In this document: in pieces, positions 17,454 to 25,464 of the stretch
Numbering within the stretch: the stretch's first letter is position 1
How the letters are laid out: each line of letters starts with the position of its first letter
DNA from: a virus
Taxonomy: Duplodnaviria; Caudoviricetes
Strand: one strand, 5' to 3'
IMG/VR virus record: IMGVR_UViG_3300049982_000337
Span: 1-64,000 of that record
Length of the DNA stretch: 64,000 bases
Notes under the pieces: model-generated
Seen by the model: only the letters and a program-made list of their open reading frames with translations
Told to the model about the DNA's origin: nothing
Databases searched by the model: none
Translations under genes and position numbers: made by a program

Positions 17454-17515
17454 TACGAAACTCCGTAATGACGATGTTTCGTAGTTTGAGCTTGCGGGTT
17501 CTACGAAACATCGTA
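17454..17515. promoter_or_regulatory. Right operators OR (three TACG-N6-CGTA sites) with putative PR/PRM
   Basis: TACGAAACTCCGTA 17454-17467, GACGATGTTTCGTA 17470-17483, TACGAAACATCGTA 17502-17515; TTGCGG-N16-TAGATT brackets the last site. Confidence 0.88.
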
Positions 17516-17526
17516 GATTGCGGCTC

Positions 17527-17748
17527 ATGTCAGACGTCGCCCGCGCCATTCAGAACATCGAAGCCGTTGCCGAAGAGCTAGGGCTCGCGGAATTCGCCCG
17601 CGAGGCGGACGTCCCGTACACGACCGCAGCCGATTGGAAGTCGCGCGGTTGGCGTCCGAAGTGGGTGGTGACGCTGGAGAAATTCGCAGCGGCTGCCGAT
17701 CGCCGACGCGCGCCTGAAGCATCACCAACCCAGGATGCCGCAGCGTGA
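17527..17748 (+). CDS. cro: Cro-like repressor
   Basis: LGLAEFAREADVPYTTAADWKSRGWRP HTH; first rightward gene. Confidence 0.75.
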   Translation: MSDVARAIQNIEAVAEELGLAEFAREADVPYTTAADWKSRGWRPKWVVTLEKFAAAADRRRAPEASPTQDAAA

Positions 17749-17933
17749 GCGAGCTCCAGGCAATCGCGCTGTGCATCGCGTTCGGGTCGCTCGGTCACGC
17801 CATCGGATCGATAATCCTGATCCGCGAGATCAGAGCTTTGGCGGAGGCCCTGTCTCTCACGGTCACCATCAGCACCGCTGACTTGAAAGGCGCCTTCGAC
17901 CAGACGTGTACCGACGCGAAGAGCCGGCCATGA
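17745..17933 (+). CDS. Small hypothetical protein (overlaps antisense moron)
   Basis: GTGA coupled to cro; hydrophobic N-terminus. Confidence 0.35.
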   Translation: MSELQAIALCIAFGSLGHAIGSIILIREIRALAEALSLTVTISTADLKGAFDQTCTDAKSRP

Positions 17934-18274
17934 TTGTCCTTGCCCATTCGGCACGTCACCGCCCGCATGGAGAGCCAATCTCCGTCGATGGACTTCGTCC
18001 CATTCGGGAGGGTCTTCGTCGCGCCGCCGCCGGGCAGCAAGAACAGTTTCTTTGGCCAAAGGCCTGTGACGATCAGCTGACCCTCGAGGATCTGGCCTTG
18101 CGCGTCGTAGATGACCTCTATGCCGCACATCTTCTCGTTGAGGCGGGAGCCGAGCAGCGAGAGCTGTCGCGAGTGCCGTCGATAGGCGCCAAGCGCCAAG
18201 CGACCGACCTGGATCGCGATGGTCACCACGGCCGCAATTCCGGCTACGCCCGTCCAGTCGAGGTTCATGCTCAA
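17795..18274 (-). CDS. Membrane-anchored protein (antisense moron)
   Basis: N-terminal TM WTGVAGIAAVVTIAIQVG then beta-rich soluble domain. Confidence 0.55.
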   Translation of the reverse strand: MSMNLDWTGVAGIAAVVTIAIQVGRLALGAYRRHSRQLSLLGSRLNEKMCGIEVIYDAQGQILEGQLIVTGLWPKKLFLLPGGGATKTLPNGTKSIDGDWLSMRAVTCRMGKDNHGRLFASVHVWSKAPFKSAVLMVTVRDRASAKALISRIRIIDPMA

Positions 18275-18759
18275 GCATCAGTCATGGCCTCGCTCATGTC
18301 GAGCACGGCCTGACCGATGCCGCGGGGGGCCTTCACCGACATTCGAGATCACGCGCGGAGGGTCCTGACAGCGCCCCCCGCCCAGCCTGCCGCGCGTGTG
18401 GCCCTCGGCCGTGTATTGGCCGGGGGTCTTCCATTCCTGAGATCGTGGCTTCCGGCGTCGAGCCCGGCTGGCTGCGTTTCACGGCCGGCCAGCCATGCCC
18501 GGACGTGTGTGAGGCAGGCCCGCAGCGCTCGCCGCGGGCCTGCTGAACTTCTCCAGGGTTCCCGCCCTGAAGCATGGCCGGCGCATTCCCAGCGCCTTCC
18601 AAAAAAACCGCGTGCCCTGGCGTTCTCGCGCCTTGCACGTCGTCTCGTCTCGGTCCTGACCGCTATCCCAGCACGTCAGGGCCGCATCAAACATCTCCGT
18701 ATCGAACTCCCTATCCATGACGCGTCCCCCCGGGGCGCCGCCCTTCGTCGTGCTGAAAC

Positions 18760-19203
18760 ATGACGGACCTGATGATGGAAATCTTCGATGGAGTTGGGGG
18801 AAGACGCCCCCTTCCTCGCCTCCCGCGTGAGCTGCGGAAGGCCATCGCCACCTATGTGGCGATCCACGCTCCGAGAGGCCGCCGCAAGTGGGCGGAGGAG
18901 CGCTGGGGCCTCACCTCTGACCAGGCGCGAAGCGTCTGCGACGGCACCGCCTCGCTGAGCACGCTCCAGGTCATCTTCAAACACCCGAATGGCGGCTGGG
19001 CCCTGCTGATCCCGGTCATGGGCGCCGTCATCGGCCAGGAACTCGACGACTTCATCCAAGACGAACGGAAACGCCATGTCGAAGACGCCCTTCGCTCCGA
19101 TGCGCTGGGCCGCGATCTGCGCGCTCTGGCTCCTGGTGGCCCTGGTGCTGCCTCCGAGCTGGCTTCTGCGCCAGACCGGTCGTGGAGGGCTCGCAGTGGC
19201 TGA
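18760..19203 (+). CDS. CII-position regulator-like protein
   Basis: Position after cro; KWAEERWGLTSDQARSV HTH-like; GWALLIPVMGAVIG. Confidence 0.55.
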   Translation: MTDLMMEIFDGVGGRRPLPRLPRELRKAIATYVAIHAPRGRRKWAEERWGLTSDQARSVCDGTASLSTLQVIFKHPNGGWALLIPVMGAVIGQELDDFIQDERKRHVEDALRSDALGRDLRALAPGGPGAASELASAPDRSWRARSG

Positions 19204-19270
19204 AATCGCCCGCGACGGCATCCGGCGCCTTCGGGGGCCTCCTGCTCAGAGAACATACCGGGATCGGTGA
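19076..19270 (+). CDS. Possible small membrane protein overlapping the previous gene
   Basis: Hydrophobic stretch WAAICALWLLVALVLPP. Confidence 0.3.
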   Translation: MSKTPFAPMRWAAICALWLLVALVLPPSWLLRQTGRGGLAVAEIARDGIRRLRGPPAQRTYRDR

Positions 19271-19347
19271 TCGCTCAGCGAGCGACCCGCCCACACCTTA
19301 AACCCCACCGGCCGCGGGGATGAGCGGTCTGAAGAGAGGAGGGCGGC

Positions 19348-20040
19348 ATGCCCCGCTCCAAGACGGCGAACGACGACCGACCAGCGACGATCCCGAATAA
19401 GCAAGAGCGTGCTGACCTGCTGAGCCACCACATGGTTCTCCTGCGCGCCCAGGAAGTCCGCCTGGCCAGCAAGAAGGCCGAGCTCGACGAGCTGCGGGCC
19501 GAATACTCCGAGGAGCAGCAAACCCTCACCGACCTCTTCCTTCAGGCCAAGTCCGACACCCGCATCGAGCGCCAGATGCTCGAGCGCGCCCTGAAGGTCG
19601 AGAAGTCCGGCGTCCGTGCGGCGCATAAGGAGGCCGCGGATTGGAACTTCGTCTGCGAAGCCCTGGGCTATCCCTACCAGCCGGATATGTTCGGCACCGA
19701 CGCCACGCCCGAACCGGCGAAGGACCTCCTTTTCTGGGAGGCTGAGGGCTACCTCAACGGTCGTCGCGCCGGCGATCCCGCGGCGCCCAAGGGCTGCACC
19801 GGCGAAGCGCTCCAAGCGTTCCTGAAGGGCCGAGACAAGGGCCAAGCAGAGAACGGCCTGGCTCTCGGCCGCGCCAAGAACGTCATCGAGGCGAGGGCCA
19901 CGCCCTCCGTCGAGCCGCCCGTCGACCTCAACTCTGAGGAAGGCCAGGAGGCCATCGACGACGCGGCGAAGAAGCTCAAGAAGAGCGACTTCATGAAGAC
20001 CGGCGGTGACGACGCCGGCGCCCAGGCGAGCGCCGCCTGA
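19348..20040 (+). CDS. GapR/DUF2312-like nucleoid protein with C-terminal RMF-like motif
   Basis: LTDLFLQAKSDTRIERQMLERALKVEK...EAADWNFVCEALG resembles GapR; EAEGYLNG...AFLKGRDKGQ resembles RMF-like motif; strong RBS. Confidence 0.55.
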   Translation: MPRSKTANDDRPATIPNKQERADLLSHHMVLLRAQEVRLASKKAELDELRAEYSEEQQTLTDLFLQAKSDTRIERQMLERALKVEKSGVRAAHKEAADWNFVCEALGYPYQPDMFGTDATPEPAKDLLFWEAEGYLNGRRAGDPAAPKGCTGEALQAFLKGRDKGQAENGLALGRAKNVIEARATPSVEPPVDLNSEEGQEAIDDAAKKLKKSDFMKTGGDDAGAQASAA

Positions 20041-20459
20041 TGCGCGCTCCGGCCATGCGCGGTTTCAAGGCCGCCCCGATTAAGGAGGTCAGCCTCCACA
20101 TGACGGTCGCGGCGCTGATCCGGCGCGCATGGCCGGAGCATCTGCCCTGGTGGCACACGCCGAACGGTGAGCAGCGGGACAAGCGCGTCGCCGGCAAGCT
20201 GAAGGGCATGGGCGTCCTGGCGGGCGTGCCCGACCTCATCTTCATCATGCCCAACGGGCAGGCGTCGTTCATTGAGCTGAAGCGGAAAGGAGAGGGCCTC
20301 TCAGCAGACCAGCTGGTGGTTCACGACAAGCTGCGCGCGCTGGGCTGCGCCTACGAGACCTGCCGGACGCCCGAGGAGGTCGAGGACGTCTTGGAGCGCT
20401 GGCTTGGAGCCTTTGGCCTGACCCTGCGCTGCCGCATCATACGCCCGAGGGCGGCATGA
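20040..20459 (+). CDS. VRR-NUC nuclease / resolvase
   Basis: HTPNG...GVLAGVPDL...FIELK...LSADQ. Confidence 0.88.
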   Translation: MRAPAMRGFKAAPIKEVSLHMTVAALIRRAWPEHLPWWHTPNGEQRDKRVAGKLKGMGVLAGVPDLIFIMPNGQASFIELKRKGEGLSADQLVVHDKLRALGCAYETCRTPEEVEDVLERWLGAFGLTLRCRIIRPRAA

Positions 20460-21043
20460 GCGCCCCGGCCGCCACGAGCAACTCACCAGGCTCCACTTCG
20501 CCAGCCCGCCTGAACGCCCATCGCGCCATGGCACAATCCGCCGGCTGGAACGATGAACGGATTGAGCATCTCAAGAAAGAGTGGGCAGCAGGTCGGTCTG
20601 CGAACCAGATCGCCGCGGATCTCAAGCTCACGCGCAATGCCGTGATCGGAAAGGTTCACCGCCTTGGCCTCAACAGGCGCAGCGGATCGCCGGAGCCTCG
20701 CCGGATGCACATGGCCGCGCCGCGCCCCAAGGTGGCGAAGGCGCCCCAGCCGAGACCGCAGCTCATGATCGCGAGCAATGGGTGTGTCGTCGAGAAGGCC
20801 GAGCCCAGACCGCCGCGTGTCCAGATCCCGGCTCGTGTCGAGGGACCGGGTTCCGCGACTCTGCTGACCGTCGGCGCCCACATGTGCAAGTGGCCGATCG
20901 GCGATCCGATGGACAAGGAATTCACCCTCTGCGGCCGCGGCCGCGAGCGCGGGTCCTACTGCGCTTCCCATGCCGCCCTGGCCTATGCACCGGCGTCGAG
21001 CACACCCAAGGAGCTGATGCGCGGCCTGCGGAGGTACGTATGA
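20456..21043 (+). CDS. gcrA: GcrA cell-cycle regulator homologue
   Basis: WNDERIEHLKKEWAAGRSANQIAADL...TRNAVIGKVHRLGL and MCKWPIGDP...FTLCG...SYCASHAALAY. Confidence 0.92.
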   Translation: MSAPAATSNSPGSTSPARLNAHRAMAQSAGWNDERIEHLKKEWAAGRSANQIAADLKLTRNAVIGKVHRLGLNRRSGSPEPRRMHMAAPRPKVAKAPQPRPQLMIASNGCVVEKAEPRPPRVQIPARVEGPGSATLLTVGAHMCKWPIGDPMDKEFTLCGRGRERGSYCASHAALAYAPASSTPKELMRGLRRYV

Positions 21044-22518
21044 GCGGCCGCGCCCAGGGCGGAGGTTGCGTCACCGCCCTCTCCGCCGAGAACATCGCTG
21101 CGGCCCTCGTCATCTCGGCCAAGGTATATGGCGACGCGACGTTAAAGGCGGTCGCCGCCAAGAGCGGGATCCTGAGACGATCCCTGCCACCGGCTTGCGT
21201 TGGCCTGCATCTGGCCACCGGCGCGCCGATCGCGCGGGTGGCCGCGCTGATCGGCCTCAGCCATCGCAACGTCATTACCGCTCGCACCAACGCGGACGGC
21301 CGTTTCACGACGGCGGTTGAGCAGGTGATGGCCGCGCTCGGCGCAACAGAGACCGAAAAGCCGTCCAGACCGCGACCTTGCCCGCCCGTCGAAACCGTGG
21401 CGCCTGTTACGGCGCCTTCGCCGAAGCCGGTGACGCCGAAGGATCGACCGCAGATCGCGGCGCAGTTCGCCGACCTTCGCCGCGTCCAGGACGACCTGGT
21501 CATCAAGGCAATCTCGGTCGCTTCGACCGCCAGTGCAGATGGCTACGCCTACCTAACCCTTGGCGCTCTCGCGGTAGCCACGGACGTGCCCAAGGGCAGC
21601 ATCCTCTTCGTGGTTCGGCGGCTGGTCGAGGCCGGCCGGCTTGAAGTCCGCAAGGTGGACACGGCCAAGGGCGAGGTCAGGCAGCCCAATGGTTACCGCG
21701 TGGCCGACATGGGCCGTGCGGATCCGATTCAACAGCCTTCATCTCAGGTCGCCGCTTGTGCGCCCCCATCGTCTCCCCGGGCAGCGCCTGAGGAACGGGC
21801 ACCCGCGATCCTCGATGGCAAGGTCTCGTCGGTCGACCGCCTTCTCGCCGCGATGCGCGCCGTGGCGACGCCGGATGGCCGGGCCTTCGTGGTTCCATTG
21901 GAGATCTGCGCGGTTGCCCAGGTCCTGTGGACGAGCTGGGACACCCTGAAAGGCAAGCTGATAGCTCGAGGCGACCTCAAGCTCATCCTTGCGGGGAAGG
22001 TCGATCAGCCCTGGACGTTCTGGGTCTCGACCGGCGAGCGGGGACGGGCGCTGGCGGCTGCCGAGCCAGCCGCGGCCCCTAAAGCTGCACCTCCGCCGCC
22101 GGCCCCGGCCGCGCCGGCGCCGGCCCGCACGGTGGCGACGCGACCGGTCCCGGCTGTTCGGCCCCCGGGCCCGAAGGCGGAGCCCTGGCTTGAGCAGCGA
22201 TCGGTTGTGCCGGCCCGCGCACGTCAACACGAGCCGGAGACCCCGACGCTGCCGGTCCCGCCGCGTGCTGACGCCGCGCTTGGGCTGGACGAGTGGGACG
22301 ATGGCAAGCCCGGGCCCAAGGCGCTGCGCCACCTGAAGGCTCACGCCTGCCGGTGGCCGATCGGAACGCCGAAGCCGGGCTATGCCGATGAGCAGCTCTT
22401 CTGCGCCGCTCGCGCGCCGCTCGACGAACCGTACTGCGCCCAGCACCAGCCGATGTCCCGCCAGCGCGGGACGTCGCTCACCAAGCCGAAGGCGGCGCCA
22501 ACCCGGACCATGCAGTGA
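21040..22518 (+). CDS. Multidomain DNA-binding protein with winged helix and C-terminal GcrA-like Cys domain
   Basis: LTLGALAVATDVPKGSILFVVRRLVEAGRL; LKAHACRWPIGTP...LFCAA...PYCAQH. Confidence 0.7.
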   Translation: MSGRAQGGGCVTALSAENIAAALVISAKVYGDATLKAVAAKSGILRRSLPPACVGLHLATGAPIARVAALIGLSHRNVITARTNADGRFTTAVEQVMAALGATETEKPSRPRPCPPVETVAPVTAPSPKPVTPKDRPQIAAQFADLRRVQDDLVIKAISVASTASADGYAYLTLGALAVATDVPKGSILFVVRRLVEAGRLEVRKVDTAKGEVRQPNGYRVADMGRADPIQQPSSQVAACAPPSSPRAAPEERAPAILDGKVSSVDRLLAAMRAVATPDGRAFVVPLEICAVAQVLWTSWDTLKGKLIARGDLKLILAGKVDQPWTFWVSTGERGRALAAAEPAAAPKAAPPPPAPAAPAPARTVATRPVPAVRPPGPKAEPWLEQRSVVPARARQHEPETPTLPVPPRADAALGLDEWDDGKPGPKALRHLKAHACRWPIGTPKPGYADEQLFCAARAPLDEPYCAQHQPMSRQRGTSLTKPKAAPTRTMQ

Positions 22519-22724
22519 GCGACGAGATCAACGATGAAGCCGCCGCGATCGTCGGTAAGGCCTGCTCCGAGGCGAGAAGCCCCCCCGCTATGGCGGCGGC
22601 TTTGGCACGGATCGCCGGCAATGCCTTCGCCCGCTTCACGAGCCATGACGACGCCTTCTTGCTGCACACCAAGCGGGCTCGGGAGCACCAGCTGCGCATG
22701 GGCCAGAAGAGGCACCTGCGATGA
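22515..22724 (+). CDS. Hypothetical protein
   Basis: 69 aa, coupled. Confidence 0.5.
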   Translation: MSDEINDEAAAIVGKACSEARSPPAMAAALARIAGNAFARFTSHDDAFLLHTKRAREHQLRMGQKRHLR

Positions 22725-22966
22725 AAGCCTGGGTCGTCCCAATCGAGGCCGTCAGGGCCAGCGCCACGCTGATGGGGGCCCGGGTTCTGGCCCGGCTCGC
22801 GGGGGAGGGCGCAACGCTCCACCCGAACGCCACCGTCCAGCTCCTGCCGACGCAGGGCTACATGGCCACCGTCACCTATGTCGCCCAGCCGCGTGCGGAG
22901 CGCCAGTTCGCCGCCACCATCCCGCTGGAATGGGCGCCGCGCGAGAACCAGGCGGCGACCGCATGA
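22721..22966 (+). CDS. Hypothetical protein
   Basis: 81 aa, coupled. Confidence 0.5.
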   Translation: MKAWVVPIEAVRASATLMGARVLARLAGEGATLHPNATVQLLPTQGYMATVTYVAQPRAERQFAATIPLEWAPRENQAATA

Positions 22967-25464
22967 CCGACACCTATCAACAGCTCTTGGAAGACAAGGC
23001 CTGCCCGGCGCCGTCGACTGGCTTCCATGTTGAGCTCGACGAGCTGCATCCCTGGCTGAAGCCGCATGTCCGCGCCATCGCGCAATGGGGGATCGCCGGC
23101 GGCAGCCGCGCCTTCTTCCTCGCCTACGGGCTCCACAAGACGTCGCTGCAGCTGGCGGTGACCAGCACGATCGTCGAGCGCAAGGGTGGCGCCGGGCTGA
23201 TCGTGGCGCCTCTCGGGGTCCGCGACGAGTTCTTCGGCGACGCCGCGACGATGGGCATCGACTTGCCGTTCATCCGCTCGAACGCCGAGATTCGCGACGG
23301 CCAGGTCAACCTCGCCAACTATGAGAGCGTCCGGGACGGCAAGATCGACCCGCGGCTCTTCACGGCGACGTCGCTGGATGAGGCCGAGGTCCTGAGGAGC
23401 TTCGGGTCGAAGACCTATCAGGAATTCCTCCCGGCCTTCGCCGAGGTGCCCCACAAGTTCGTCGCGACCGCCATGCCTTCGCCGAACCGCTACAAGGAGC
23501 TGATCCACTACGCAGCGCATCTGGGCGTCATGGACAGCGGCCAAGCCCTGACGCGCTTCTTCGGGCGCAATAGTGAGAAGGCCAACGACCTCACCCTCTA
23601 CCCGCACAAGGAGGAGGAGTTCTGGCTCTGGGTCGCGTCCTGGGCAATCTTCCTGCAGAAGCCCTCCGACCTCGGCTTCAGCGACGAGGGCTATATCCTG
23701 CCGCCTATGGAGGTGCGCTGGCACGAGGTGCCGGCTGACCTGCGCGACAACACCCCGGAGAGCAACGGCCAGCTTCGCCTGATCCGCGACGCCGCCGTGG
23801 GCGTCCAGGGCGCCGCGCGCGAGAAGCGGGACACCCTGACGACCCGCATCGCCAAGATGAAGGAGCTGCGCGAGGCCGAGCCGGAGAACCACTTCATCCT
23901 CTGGCACGACCTCGAGGATGAGCGCCGGGCTATCGAACAGGCGATTCCGGCGGCCGTCAGCGTCTACGGCTCGCAGGACATCGAAGACCGGGAAAAGGTG
24001 GTCAAGGCCTTCAAGGCCGGCACGATCACCGACCTCGCCGCCAAGCCGGTGATGCTGGGCGCCGGCGGCAATCTCCAGCGGCACTGCCACCGGGCGATCT
24101 TCGCCGGCATCGGCTTCAAGTTCCGGGACGTCGCCCAGGCCTGGCACCGCCTCCAGCGGTTCGGCCAGGAGCACCCGGTCGTCATCGACATGATCTACGC
24201 CGAGACCGAGCAGGAGGTGCGCCGGTCCTTCGAGGAGAAGTGGGAGCGCGACCGCGTCATGCGCGAGCGCATGAGCGAGATCATCCGGACCTATGGGCTC
24301 GGCAAGATCTCGACGGCCGTGGCGATGCGGCGGTCCATCGGAGTCGAGCGCGAGGAGGCCAGCGGCGAGGGGTGGTCGGCGATCAGGAACGACTGCGTCG
24401 ATGAGGCCCGGCGGATGGACGACGACAGCGTCGGCCTTATGGTCACCTCGATCCCATTCGGGACGCAGTACGAATACTGCGAGAGCTACAACGACTTCGG
24501 CCACAACGACGACAACGCCGGCTTCTTCCGCCAGATGGACCATCTGACCCCGGAGCTGCTGCGGATCCTGCAGCCGGGCCGGATTCTGGCCGTCCACGTC
24601 AAGGACCGGATCATCTTCGGCGCCGTGAGCGGCCTGGGCTTCCCCACCGTGGAGCCCTTCCACGCCGACTGCATCGCCCACTACACCAAGCACGGCTTCG
24701 CCCTGATCGCGGTCCGACCCATCGAGACCGACGTAGTTCGGGAAAACAACCAGACCTACCGCCTCGGCTATTCGGAGATGCGGAAGGACGCGACGAAGAT
24801 GGGGGCCGGCTCGCCGGAATATGTCCTCTTCTTCCGGAAGCCGCAGACCGACCAGAGCCGCGGCTATGCCGACATCCCGATCACCAAGGCGGTCGAGGAA
24901 TACAGCCTGGCCCGCTGGCAGATCGACGCCTCGGCCTTCTGGCGCAGCAGCGGCGACCGCATGCTGACGACGCGGGAGCTGGCCGCCATGCCGCCCCAGG
25001 TGCTGGCCAGGACGTTCAAGGCCCACTCGGAGCGGACCGTCTACGACCACGACGCCCACGTCGAGATCGCCGAGGCCCTGGCCGACCGGAAAGCCTTGCC
25101 GAAGACCTTCTCGGCCGTGGCCCTCGGCTCGCCGTCCGGCCAGGTCTGGACCGACATCGTTCGGATGCGGACCCTCAACTCGGAACAGTCGCTCGGCGGC
25201 CGTGAGAAGCACGTCTGCCCGCTCCAGATCGACGTCGTCGACCGGATCATCCGGTTCTATTCGAACAAGGGCGACCTCGTCTTCGACCCCTTCGCCGGCC
25301 TCTTCACGGTGCCGGTCCGAGCCTTGATGCTCGGCCGCCGCGGCGGGGGTAGCGAGCTGCACGACGACTACTGGCGCGATGGCGTTCGCTACCTGCGGAT
25401 CGCCGAGCTCGAGGCCAACGCTCCGACGCTTTTCGACTTCCTGGAAACGGGGGAAGCTGCGTGA
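22963..25464 (+). CDS. SF2/SNF2 helicase-like domain fused to N4/N6 DNA methyltransferase
   Basis: YGLHKT (Walker A variant), LDEAE, ATAMPSPN, QAWHRLQRFGQ; MTase VTSIPF and VFDPFAGLFT; start at 22963. Confidence 0.85.
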   Translation: MTDTYQQLLEDKACPAPSTGFHVELDELHPWLKPHVRAIAQWGIAGGSRAFFLAYGLHKTSLQLAVTSTIVERKGGAGLIVAPLGVRDEFFGDAATMGIDLPFIRSNAEIRDGQVNLANYESVRDGKIDPRLFTATSLDEAEVLRSFGSKTYQEFLPAFAEVPHKFVATAMPSPNRYKELIHYAAHLGVMDSGQALTRFFGRNSEKANDLTLYPHKEEEFWLWVASWAIFLQKPSDLGFSDEGYILPPMEVRWHEVPADLRDNTPESNGQLRLIRDAAVGVQGAAREKRDTLTTRIAKMKELREAEPENHFILWHDLEDERRAIEQAIPAAVSVYGSQDIEDREKVVKAFKAGTITDLAAKPVMLGAGGNLQRHCHRAIFAGIGFKFRDVAQAWHRLQRFGQEHPVVIDMIYAETEQEVRRSFEEKWERDRVMRERMSEIIRTYGLGKISTAVAMRRSIGVEREEASGEGWSAIRNDCVDEARRMDDDSVGLMVTSIPFGTQYEYCESYNDFGHNDDNAGFFRQMDHLTPELLRILQPGRILAVHVKDRIIFGAVSGLGFPTVEPFHADCIAHYTKHGFALIAVRPIETDVVRENNQTYRLGYSEMRKDATKMGAGSPEYVLFFRKPQTDQSRGYADIPITKAVEEYSLARWQIDASAFWRSSGDRMLTTRELAAMPPQVLARTFKAHSERTVYDHDAHVEIAEALADRKALPKTFSAVALGSPSGQVWTDIVRMRTLNSEQSLGGREKHVCPLQIDVVDRIIRFYSNKGDLVFDPFAGLFTVPVRALMLGRRGGGSELHDDYWRDGVRYLRIAELEANAPTLFDFLETGEAA

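Noticed and set aside
17434-17511. Upstream extension of cI to 17511 given in the ORF track
   Set aside because: It runs through all three OR operators and the promoters; ATG 17433 is more plausible
17497-17511. Possible alphaproteobacterial LexA box GTTC-N7-CATC in PR
   Set aside because: Second half-site has two mismatches and the sequence is explained by the CI operator
18333-18718. Minus-strand ORFs 18333-18638 and 18479-18718 around an A7 run
   Set aside because: No recognisable motifs or RBS; cannot distinguish them from shadows of the + strand ORF 18317-18763
20581-21039. 5' extension of the 645-aa ORF
   Set aside because: Overlaps gcrA out of frame and is low-complexity; ATG 21040 is ATGA-coupled to the gcrA stop
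22876-25362. 828-aa minus-strand ORF (and similar long antisense ORFs at 36508-37989, 42817-44148, 48856-50313, 50310-51614, 54621-55907)
   Set aside because: In-register antisense shadows of well-supported GC-rich genes; no motifs, RBS or coupling to same-strand neighbours, unlike the bridge ORFs
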